DNA of 20,000 bases from Malacoraja senta (Eukaryota), in assembly GCA_038087875.1 (NCBI GenBank), contig JAXLNO010000705.1:46309-66308 (forward strand). Reading direction: 5' to 3'. Made by a program: the position numbers and the translations under genes. Positions 10,287-19,444 of the stretch are shown here, in pieces. Numbering within the stretch: position 1 is the stretch's first letter; each line of letters opens with the position of its first letter. The notes beneath the pieces are model-generated. The model saw only the letters and a list, made by a program, of their open reading frames with translations. It was not told the DNA's origin and did no database searches.

Positions 10287-10677
10287 AGACAATAGACAAT
10301 AGACAATAGGTGCAGGAGTAGAGGCCATTCAACCCTTCGAGCCACCACCGCCATTCAATGTGATCATGGCTGGTCATCCACAATCAGTACACCGTTCCTG
10401 CCTTCTCCCCATATCCCCTGACTCCACTATCTTCAAGAGCCCTATCTAGCTCTCTCTTGAAAGTATCCAGAGAACCGGCCTCCACCGCCCTCTGAGGCAG
10501 AGAATTCCACAGACTCACAACTCTCTGTGCGAAAAAGTGTTTCCTCGTCTCCGTTCTAAATGGCTTACCCCTTATTCTTAAACTGTGGCCCCTGGTTCTG
10601 GACTCCCCCTACATCAGGAACATGTTTCCTGCCTCTAGCGTGTCCAAACCCTTAATAATCTTATATGTTTCAATAAG
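10287..10677 (-). mobile_element. CR1 3' fragment with (TCTATTG)n tail
   Basis: agacaatagacaatagacaataggtgcaggag followed by complement of the CR1 C-terminus. Confidence 0.92.
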
Positions 10678-10694
10678 GGGTTTCGATGTTTCGA

Positions 10695-11003
10695 AGCAGG
10701 CCTTTCGGCCCACCGAGTCCGCGCCGACCAGCGATCACGCATTCACGCTAGTTCCGTGTTATCCCAGTTTTGCATCCATTCCCTGCACGTGAGGGGCAAG
10801 TTACAGAGGGCCAATTAAACCTACAAACCTAGACACAACGTGCTGGGGCAACCCGGCGGGTCAGGCAGCATTGCTGGAGAACATGGATAGGTGACGTTTC
10901 ATCGCGTAACCTACAAACCTGCACGCCTTCGGAGTGTGGGAGGAAACCGGAGCACCCGGAAAAAGCCCACCGTGAGAACGTACAAACTCCGTAAAGAACA
11001 GCA
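10695..11003 (-). mobile_element. SINE interrupted by a PLE fragment (10831-10900)
   Basis: SINE body on both sides; 13-bp direct repeat aacctacaaacct at 10818-10830 and 10908-10920. Confidence 0.8.
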
Positions 11004-11029
11004 GTCTCTGTGGGCCAAAGGGCCTGTTC

Positions 11030-11322
11030 ACACATGTTCACAAGTTCCCAAGTTATAGGAGTAGAATTAGGCCATTCGGCCCATCGAGTCTACCACGTCA
11101 TTCAACGACGGCTGATCTCCGCCTCGTAATCCCATTCTCCTGCCTTCTCCCCATAACCCTCGACACCCGTTCTAATCAAGAATTTGTCTATCTCTGCCTT
11201 AAAAATACAGTATCAAATGCATTGGCCTCCACAGCCCTCTGTGGATATGAGTTCCACAGATTAACTACCCTCTGACGAAAGAAGTTCCTCCTCACCTCCT
11301 TTCTAAAAGAGCGCACTTTAAT
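11030..11322 (-). mobile_element. CR1 3' end, the target of the DIRS insertion (continues at 15388-15398)
   Basis: Complement of the 3745-4212 subfamily; ...gcgcactttaat|tctgaggctg rejoins across the DIRS. Confidence 0.88.
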
Positions 11323-11376
11323 AGTAAGATTAAACGAGAACTTACCAAGTTTGAAGTTTGATCTTTATTTTATGAA

Positions 11377-11428
11377 GAGTTACGTTGGTGATTACGTGAA
11401 GAAGACCCGTCAGGGCGCATGCGCGTCA
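11377..11428. repeat. DIRS 3' inverted terminal repeat, with a non-repeated extension at 11320-11376
   Basis: Reverse complement of 15325-15376 with 3 mismatches. Confidence 0.95.
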
Positions 11429-11547
11429 ATCTTCAAAGCAGCGGTATGAAATCACAGATAACACAATATTTGAAGTAACATATTAAGATGAGCAACATGA
11501 GAACTACCATATGACCTTTTTTATGAGAGAGGGTCGGGCGTGGCGGG

Positions 11548-11659
11548 CACGTAATCACCAACGTAACTCCTCATAAAATAAAGATCAAACTTCAAACTTG
11601 GTAAGTTCTCGTTTAATCTTACTATTTTACTTCGGAGTCACGTTTGTGACTACGTGAAG
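11548..11659. repeat. DIRS internal complementary region (ICR)
   Basis: 11548-11626 is the reverse complement of 11320-11398 (78/79); 11624-11659 is the reverse complement of 15352-15387 (35/36); the halves overlap at ATT. Confidence 0.95.
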
Positions 11660-11924
11660 GGTTCAAAGCTCTGTGATTTTATGCCGCAGATCGAAATCCC
11701 GGCTTCTCACTGCATTGATTGACTTTCGATGAGAAACAATCAATAATGCGTTAAACATGAAATGTGAATATCATGCAGTAACAATTGATTTGAATAATCA
11801 AAACAACCAGTAACCCCTCTATCCCAGGGGAAACTAAACAGGACTTAATCCTGAATTTGCAAACAGCCTTTCTCTGATCGGCGATCGGCCGATGGTCAAA
11901 TTAAAAAAAAAATTAAAAAATCAT

Positions 11925-12725
11925 TTCACCACCCGGCACCTATAAAAATATGGCCGCTGTGAACATCCATCGCCCTAGCCGACGACGTTGCTGCTGCACT
12001 AGTGGAAAAAAGGATATATACACTTCAGTGTTAATACCTGCCTTAATCAACATTTGCTTTAAACCACCTTGAGATAGTCTGCACTAACACTCTCCTGTGT
12101 GGCTTCATGTAACTGATAAACAATGCTGTTTCCACATTTCTTAAGGTCTTTATAGCTTCAATATAATGAAAATAAATGTGCCATCACACATAAACATGGA
12201 TCAGTAGGTTATGCTGAAACACAATTTTCACAAACCTGTGACACCTGGCCTGCTCTGCTTAAGCAGTAAACAATTATATAACATAACATTCTCTTCAGCA
12301 ACTTCCATCCTGTCTAGCAGAAGTTTTTGCAAAATCTGCACTTGCTATGCTGAACCAATGCCAAGAGGATAAACACTTTCATGATTAGTCTGGCAAATTC
12401 AGAGACATGACAGGAACCTACTGTCGAAGAATCTTGAGGACCACACTTACATCCCAGATCGCCATATAACTGGGTTTAGGAAGTTTAGAGTTGAAATTCC
12501 TTTCATCAATCCAGCTATGATATGATAAAACTCAATAGGATCTTTCCTGACCCCATCAAAACCATACGATGACAACGCACTTAAAGCTGTATTAATGGTG
12601 CTATAACTGAGCCCCTCATCATCGTAGAGTGTCAACATGAACTCTAAAATATCCACAATACCTGCAGTACTATAGTCAATATTATTTTGTACACAATATT
12701 GCTCCCATTTTTTTACATACAGATT
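11925..12725 (-). pseudogene. DIRS tyrosine recombinase remnant
   Basis: YVKKWEQYC..ILEFMLTLYDDEGLSYSTINTALSALS; LLKQSRPG; FISYMKPHRRV..TISRWFK; STSAAATSSA..AGW (decayed HSTR..A.GW); multiple frameshifts. Confidence 0.88.
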
Positions 12726-12744
12726 ACATTTGTTAGAGCAATAA

Positions 12745-13680
12745 GCCTCTTTATAGTTAATTGCCCATGTCTGCAGAAACGATGCCTCTTGCTCAGTCCA
12801 TCTGCCTCCACAGCTGAAACTCGTATCCGTGACACCTCACCCGAGTGCACTGACATCCATCTGTAAAATCATGGAAGGCTGGTCAAGCATTACCTTGCTA
12901 TAACTTCTGGACACATGGTGAATCCACCATTGCAAATCAGAAATAGCCTTTACTGATAACTGCATAGGTCTATTATAATGACCTGAATGTATCCTTAATG
13001 CCTCAATTAGCTTGATACACCTGTCAATTAGCTCTACCCTTTTTTCCCTGGGCAGAGTCACTTAATTGAATCAATTGTGACCCAAATAGTCAGGTGTTAA
13101 TTTGGATTCCTCTGGTTGGCTAATGCCCAATCTTTGAAAATTGGATTTAACAACTATCACCTGTTACTTCAGCTGTTCTCTTGGATACCCCTGTAATCAA
13201 GATATCATCGAGATAAGCCATGAACACCTGTACACTGGCCTTTCAGCATGCCTATTATAGGTTTTAACAATTTTGTTGCCATAGTTGATCCATCCAGATG
13301 AATTTCAAATATCCTGCAAATAAACAGACATTGAGTAATGCGCATCTTTAAGCTCTAGAGTCGCCATATAGCATCCTCTTGCCCAGTTGCTTGGCAGTGA
13401 CAATTCCATCTTACAATGTCTATACTACATCCCCCATCCTTTTTTGGCCAGGGAAAATATTAGACACAAATTGATGGGTTGGTGAACCAACTTATAATTA
13501 CACCTTTATCACATAAGCTTGCAAGCGCAGTCTGAACATCCATCTGTTCTGTTAATGAAAACTGAATAGTTCTACCAAGAACATGCTGAATGTGCAAATC
13601 ACAATTTGGATTGAAATCCATTCGAAACCTTTGAATAACACTCTGTATAAACAGAGCTAAGGTAATTTGCTTCCATTCAT
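12745..13680 (-). pseudogene. DIRS reverse transcriptase/RNase H remnant
   Basis: FVSNIF..KKDGG; YMATLELKDAHY; MAYLDDILI (YLDD at 13204-13215); YLG; LQWW; QMDVSALG*G; GGRWTEQEA..INYKE. Confidence 0.9.
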
Positions 13681-13754
13681 CCCAGAAACAGATGTAATGT
13701 ACCCCAGTTTAAGTTGTGTCACATTTGATATGTGCACCTGAGAACCAGGCCCGC

Positions 13755-14990
13755 CTACCTCCTTGGTACCTGGTGGATGTTTGACCATGTTCCCACTTCA
13801 TTTGTAGGGGTACTTTCTTTTGGAAACTTGCCGACTGCCGGTGGCTTGATCAAGCCCACCGTCATTGCCTCGCCGTCCATGTCCTTCACACTCTTGGCGA
13901 GGTCCTCTCTGAAGAGTAGGTTTGCCGGCTGTATGTTGCTCGGCTGGGAAAAATACTGCAATCTTGGAATTAATGGTGGGCCGAATGGCACTTTCCCTGA
14001 GACAATTTATCTCAAAAATGGGTGCTACAAAGCAACCCTAGTACCTCTTGCTATGTCTCCGACACATGCCCTCCATCCACCGTTCTCGCGAACGCCATGA
14101 TTCCTGAGCCAAGTAATTTCAGGATTCTCTGCAGCTTCATCTCCTGGGCACTGCACGCCCACGCCCGTCTGGCTCCATATCACCCGGTTCACTGCTGGCA
14201 CCTTCAGCAACTCGCAGTTACCCCGTCTCTTGGTGATTCCAGACTCTGACTGGACAGCGAATCGTACTGCCAGAGATGGGAACTCTGACAATGGCCATCT
14301 TCGCTTTCCCAGTGGCATTCCATACTCTGACGGGACAGCGAATCATGCTGCCAGAGAATGGACCTCTGACAACGGCCGTTCTTCGCTATTCAACAAAGTC
14401 TCCGTCAGAATCGGGTCAGAACTGAGCTGACCCTATCGTGGAGGCCAGCTCTTCTCCCAGTGGCACTCCATACTCTGACTGGACAGCGAATCGTGCTGCC
14501 AGAGATTGGACCTCTGACAACGGCCATTCTTCGCTATTTCCAAGTCTCAGTCAGAGTCGGGGTCAGACCTTAGCTGACCCTCTGCACTCACCTCATGCAT
14601 GAGGGTGCTTTAAGCAGCCCTCTACCAGGTGCTGCCGGCGTGGCCTTTCTGCAGCCTACCGCCCACACGACTCCTCCCCAGAGTGTGCGTTTCTGGAGCA
14701 ACCTCTGGATGAGGTGCTCCTTTTGGGAGAACCGTTTAAAAAACGTCTCCAGCCCTGTACAGGCTCGTTGTGGCCCGACTCAGTTGAGTCCAAGGGCCTC
14801 CCAGACTTCCCCTTGCCTTACGCCCGACAGGCGTTGGCTTTGGTGCTTTTTAGCACTGAGTCTGAAGTCGCCCCGCTCCCGGTCGGCGACTGTGCAGGTG
14901 TACGAGGCAGCCGCTGACAGACCGCATTCCCGCGGCTCTCCTATGCTTTACCTGCGGCTGCCCTCCCCCTGGTCGTCTTCATCATGGTGC
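13755..14990 (-). pseudogene. DIRS gag-like ORF1 remnant
   Basis: GNCELLKVPAVNRVIW and LLFREDLAKSVKDM resemble conserved DIRS ORF1 blocks; lies upstream of RT. Confidence 0.7.
14232..14581. repeat. Three diverged tandem copies within the DIRS gag region
   Basis: tcca.actctgac.ggacagcgaatc...tgccagaga..gga.ctctgacaa.ggcc occurs three times, spaced about 81 and 148 bp. Confidence 0.9.
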
Positions 14991-15304
14991 TACCTGTAAT
15001 AAAAAACACAGTCCACCACAAAATAAACGTTTCCCTCGAGCTAAGCTTCCCACTTAGCTGGAGCTTTAAAACTATAAAAGTACTTTAAAAGTACTTACCA
15101 CAGTGGGAGCTCTGTCCTCCCCTGCTCATCTTCACCATGGTGCTGCCTGTGACAAAACACAGAGCACAGCACCACAGTCAAGGAACTTATTTTACTCCAG
15201 CAAAATTTCTGACAAGTTTCAGACTTAGCTGGAGCTTTAATACTCTTTAAAAATACCCTAAAAGTACTTACAGCGAGAGGAGCTCTGTCCTCCCGCTGCC
15301 TGTG
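14976..15304. repeat. Diverged duplication in the DIRS 5' leader
   Basis: acttagctggagctttaa...aaaagtacttac...ggagctctgtcctccc occurs twice; tcttca.catggtgct.cctgt occurs twice. Confidence 0.85.
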
Positions 15305-15324
15305 CGCCAATGCGACCGACGTAA

Positions 15325-15387
15325 TGACACGCATGCGCCCTGACGGGTCTTCTTCACGTAGTCACAAACGTAACTCCGAAGTAAAAT
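15325..15387. repeat. DIRS 5' ITR and terminus
   Basis: Reverse complement of 11377-11428 and of the second ICR half. Confidence 0.95.
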
Positions 15388-15399
15388 TCTGAGGCTGAT

Positions 15400-15860
15400 A
15401 GCGGTACTGACATATGATGAAAGAATGGATCGACTGGGCTTGTATTCACTGGAATTCCGAAGGATGAGAGGAAATCTTATAGAGACATATAAAATTATTA
15501 AGGGATTGGACACGCTAGATGCAGGAAACATGTTCCCGATGTTGGGGGAGTCCAGAACCAGGGGGTAGAATAAGGGGTAGGCCACTTAAGAACTGAGATG
15601 AGGAAAAACTTTTTCACTCGGAGTTGTGAATTTGTGGAATTCCCTGCCTCAGAAGGCAATGGAGGCCGATTCACTGGATGCATTCAAAAGAGAGTTAGAT
15701 GGTGCTCTTCGGGCTAGCGGAATCAAGGGATATGGGGAGAAGGCAGGAACGGGGTACTGATTGGGGATGATCAGCCAAGATCACATTGAATGGTGGTGCT
15801 GGCTCGAACGACCGAATGGCCTACTCCTGCACCTAGTTATGTATCGATGTATCTATGTAT
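15400..15860 (+). mobile_element. CR1 3' fragment
   Basis: YDERMDRLGLYSLEFRRMRGNLIE.. followed by UTR and tail. Confidence 0.9.
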
Positions 15861-16185
15861 CATCCTTCTAAATTCCAGTGAATATAAGCCCAGACGACCC
15901 ATTCGTTGATCATATGACAGTCCCACCATCCCAGGAATTAACTTGGTGAACCTACGCTGCACTCCCTCAATAGCAAGAGTGTTCTTCCTCAAATTAGGAG
16001 CACAAAACTGCACAAAGTACTCCAGGTGTGGTCTCACCAGGGCCCTGTACAACTGCAATAGGACCTCCCTAATCCTATACTCAAATCCTCCTCCTGCACT
16101 CCAAGGAATAGAATCCCGGCCTGCTCAACCTCTCCCGAAAGTAGCTCATGACCTCGAGGCCTGGCAACAGCTTCGTAGATGTACT
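15861..16185 (-). mobile_element. CR1 fragments (two subfamilies, inverted)
   Basis: ORF 15837-16058 LYRALVRPHLEYFVQF..IEGVQRRFTKLIPGM. Confidence 0.88.
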
Positions 16186-16357
16186 GTACGATAATAACTT
16201 TTCTAAGAAGTTGTGGGAGGGGATGATTCATCTGATGCAGGTACATGCCCACTTGGCAGATGTTCACAGGCTTGGTATTTTCGGTTATGTTTACTGAGAC
16301 CAAGAGTTTAAAAGCAAGGAAACTACACTAAATATTTGCAATGTTTGATCAGCTCTG

Positions 16358-16565
16358 GTTTAGTTTAGTTTAAAACAGCGTGAAAACAGGCCATTCGGCC
16401 CACCGAGTCCGCACTGACCAGTGATCACTCATACACTAGTTCTATACTCCACACTAGCGACTATGTTATTCCATTTGTCATGTAACTGTACACGGCTTGA
16501 TTGTAATCATGTATTGTCTTTCCACTGACTCGGTGGCATGCAATAAAAGCTTTCAGTACACAGAC
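16358..16565. mobile_element. SINE 3' end (minus strand) followed by a Rex1 3' UTR piece (plus strand)
   Basis: gtttagtttagttt..aacaggcc.ttcggcccaccgagtc; then gattgtaatcatgtattgtctttccactgact. Confidence 0.7.
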
Positions 16566-16566
16566 G

Positions 16567-17111
16567 TCCCCTAATTTGAGGAAGGACATTCTTGCTATTG
16601 AGGGAGTGCAGCGTAGGTTTACAAGGTTAATTCCCGGGATGGCGGGACTGTCATATGCTGAGAGAATGGAGCGGCTGGGCTTGTATACTCTGGAGTTTAG
16701 AAGGTTGAGAGGGGATCTCATTGAAACATAAAAGATTGTTAAGGGCTTGGACACGCTAGAGGCAGGAAACATGTTCCCGATGTTAGGGGAGTCTAGAACC
16801 AGGGGCCACAGTTTAAGAATAAGGAGTAAGCCATTTAGAACGGAGACGAGGAAACACTTTTTCTTACAGAAAGCGGTGTCTGTGGAATTCCCTGCCTCAG
16901 ATGGCAGTGGAGGCAGGTTCTCTGGATGCTTTCAAGAGAGAGCTAGATAGGGCTCTTAAAGATAGCGGAGTCAGGGGATATGGGGAGAAGGCAGGAACGG
17001 GGTACTGATTGGGGATGATCAGCCATGATCACATTGAATGGCGGTGCTGGCTCGAAGGGCCGAATGACCTAATCCTGCACATATTGTCTATTGTCTATTG
17101 TCTATTGTCTA
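16567..17111 (+). mobile_element. CR1 3' fragment with (TCTATTG)n tail
   Basis: PNLRKDILAIEGVQRRFTRLIPGM.. through to the tail. Confidence 0.93.
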
Positions 17112-17297
17112 TAAACCAAATGAACCTATCTAAAGATTTACAGAAGCCAATTGACCTACATACCTGCATGTCTTTGGCAAGTGGGCGGAAACCAGAGCAC
17201 CTGGAGAAAACCCAGGCGGTCACAGGGAGAACGTACAAACTCCGTACAGACAGCACTGTAAATGGCTCGATTGTAATCATGTATTGTCTTTCTGCTG

Positions 17298-17429
17298 TTT
17301 AGGAAAGAACTGCAGATGCTGTAATTAATGGAAGGTAGACAAAACATGCTGGAGAAACTCAGCGGGTGAGGCAGCATCTATGGGGAGAAGGAAATAGGCG
17401 ACGTTTCGGGTCAAGACCCTTCTTCAGAC
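17298..17429 (-). mobile_element. 132-bp PLE pLTR copy with a 7-bp TSD
   Basis: tctgctg at 17291-17297 and 17430-17436; homologous to 2635-2679 plus 3248-3293. Confidence 0.85.
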
Positions 17430-17430
17430 T
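17397..17430 (-). ncRNA. Minimal hammerhead ribozyme motif with intact core
   Basis: agu-CUGAAGA-A-GGGUC-UU-GACCC-GAAAC-GUC^gcc; predicted cut between 17400 and 17399; self-complementary ACGU in place of stem III. Confidence 0.72.
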
Positions 17431-17757
17431 CTGCTGACTGGATAGCAGGCAACAATAGCTTTCCACTGCACCACATGTGACAATAAGCTAACTGAATTAA
17501 ACCTGTAGTCAAGATCGAACCCGGGTCTCTGACGCTGTGAAGCAGCAACTCTACTGCTGCACCACTGTGCCACCTTGAAGTTTAATAGGAACCTGAGGGG
17601 TAACTTTTTCACACAGAGAGTGGTGGATGTATGGAACGAGCTGCCAGAGGAGGCAGTTGCTGCTGTATAACAACATTGCAAAGACACATTCTCTCAAGGC
17701 AGCAACTCTACCGCTACACCTCCGTGACGTTCTGTTGGACACATTTATTCTGCCAAG

Positions 17758-18442
17758 AGACAATAGACAATAGATAATAGACAATAGACAATAGACAATA
17801 GACAATAAGTGCAGGAGTACGTCATTCGGCCCTTCGAGCCAACACCGCCATTCAATGTGATCATGGCTGATCATCCCCAATCAGTACCCCTGTACCTGCC
17901 TTCTCCCCATATCCCCTGACTATACTGAGTTGGATGATCAGCCATGATCGTATTGAATGGCGGTGCAGGCTCGAAGGGCCGAATGGCCTACTCCTGCACC
18001 TATTTTCTATGTTTCTATGTTTCTATGACTCCGCTATCTTTAAGAGCCCTATCTATCTCTCTCTTAAAAGCATCCAGAGAACCGGCCTCCACCGCCCTCT
18101 GAGGCAGAGAATTCCACAGACTCACCACTCTGTGAGAAAAGTGTTTCCTCGTCTCCGTTCTAAATGGCTTACCCCTTATTCTTAAACTGTGGCCCCTGGT
18201 TCTGGACTCCCCCAACATCGGGAACATGTTTCCTGCCTCTAGCGTGTCCAAACCCTTGATAATCCTATATGTTTCAGTGAGATACCCTCTCATCCTTCTA
18301 AACTCCAGAGTGTACAAGCCCAGCCGCTCCATGCTCTCAGCATATGACAGTCCCGCCATCCCGGGAATTAACCTGGTGAACCTACGCTGCGCTCCCTCAA
18401 TAGCAAGAATGTCCTTCCTCAAATTAGGGGACCAAAACTGCA
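17758..18442 (-). mobile_element. CR1 3' fragment with long (TCTATTG)n tail and an inverted CR1 tip inserted at 17922-18025
   Basis: ORF 18015-18455 is a CR1 C-terminus; tgact duplicated at 17917-17921 and 18026-18030. Confidence 0.92.
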
Positions 18443-19444
18443 GACAGTGCAGCATGGAGGGCTGTGGCTACAGCGTTGTCTGTGGATCTGTTCGCTCTAT
18501 ACGCAAACTGGTGGGGGTCAAAGCTTCGGGGCAGGAGTGATGTGATGTGACCCCGGACCACTTTTTTAAAGCACTTCATCACCACTGGTGTGAGTTCGAC
18601 TGGCCGGTAGTCGTTGAGGCTGGAAATGTGGGGGTTTTTGGGCAAGGGGACTATGGTGGAGGACTTCAGACAGGATGGGACAGTGGACTGGGCCAGAGAC
18701 TGGTTGAAAATCCTCGTAAAGACTCCAGCCAGCTGGTCTGCGCAGTCCTTCAGCATGCGTCCAGAAACGCCGTGGGGTCCAGCAGCCTTCCTCGGATTGA
18801 TGGCCCTCAGCGTGCGCCTCACCTCCTGCTCCTCTATTTTGAGGGATAAGCTGCTGTGGACCATGTGGTGTGATATGGCTGTCTCTGGTGGCTCCACTTC
18901 AAAGCGAGCAAAGAAGAGGTTCAGCTCCTCTGCCAACGAGGCGTCACCTTCAGCAGCTCCAAGGTTGGTCTTGTAGTTGGTGAGATACTGGATCCCCTGC
19001 CACACCTGCCTGCTGTTGTTACTGTCCAGGTGGTCCTCTAGCCTCCTCCTGTAGTCTGATTTGGCCTCTCTGATGCCTCTCTTCAGGTTAGCTCGGACCG
19101 TGCTGTATGAAGCCCTATCGCCAGACCTAAAAGCGGTGTTCCTCTCTTTTAACAGCCGCTGGACCTCCCGGGTCATCCAGGGCTTCTGGTTGGAGTAGAC
19201 CCGGATGCGTTTGTCCACTGTGACAGTGTCCATGCAGTTTTTAATGTAACATAGTACACTGTCTGTGAACACCTCCAGGTCCTGGTGTTCAAACACATCC
19301 CAGTTGGTCCTGTCGAAGCAGTCCTGCAGCTGCTGAGAGGCACCATCAGGCCAAGTTGTGATGGTCTTTGTGATGGTAGGAGCAGTTTTCCTGAGGGGGG
19401 CATATGCAGGAATTAAAAGCAGGGACATATGGTCAGATCGCCCA
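18443..19444 (-). mobile_element. Rex1/Babar LINE internal fragment (end of APE endonuclease, linker, N-terminal RT), open for about 330 codons
   Basis: RSDHMSLLLIPAY; LQDCFDRTNW; NQKPWMT; LNLFFARFE; KAAGPHG; LNDYRPV.LT; QFAYRANRSTD. Confidence 0.9.

Larger units (their letters stand above)
11320..15387 (-). mobile_element. DIRS1-type tyrosine-recombinase retrotransposon, coding-decayed with intact termini
   Basis: ITRs 11377-11428 and 15325-15376 (49/52); ICR 11548-11659 complementary to both ends; gag-RT-RNaseH-YR order on the minus strand. Confidence 0.95.
17140..17574 (-). mobile_element. SINE containing a Rex1 3' UTR (plus strand, about 17253-17500) that itself contains a short PLE copy
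   Basis: SINE halves rejoin at gacagcac|ctgtagtcaagatcgaaccc; Rex UTR halves rejoin at tctgctg. Confidence 0.85.

Noticed and set aside
11320..11626. 79-bp inverted repeat as a standalone MITE or miRNA hairpin
   Set aside because: Fully explained as the DIRS 3' terminus pairing with its ICR, whose other half matches the far end 3.7 kb away
12447..12656. Phage integrase or bacterial contamination
   Set aside because: The integrase-like peptide lies downstream of RT/RNaseH within DIRS termini
14232..14581. CRISPR-like repeat array
   Set aside because: Long diverged units with no unique spacers, no cas genes, and a eukaryotic context within gag
17758..17808. (AGACAAT)n as telomeric or satellite repeat
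   Set aside because: Always directly attached to a CR1 3' UTR, so it is the LINE tail
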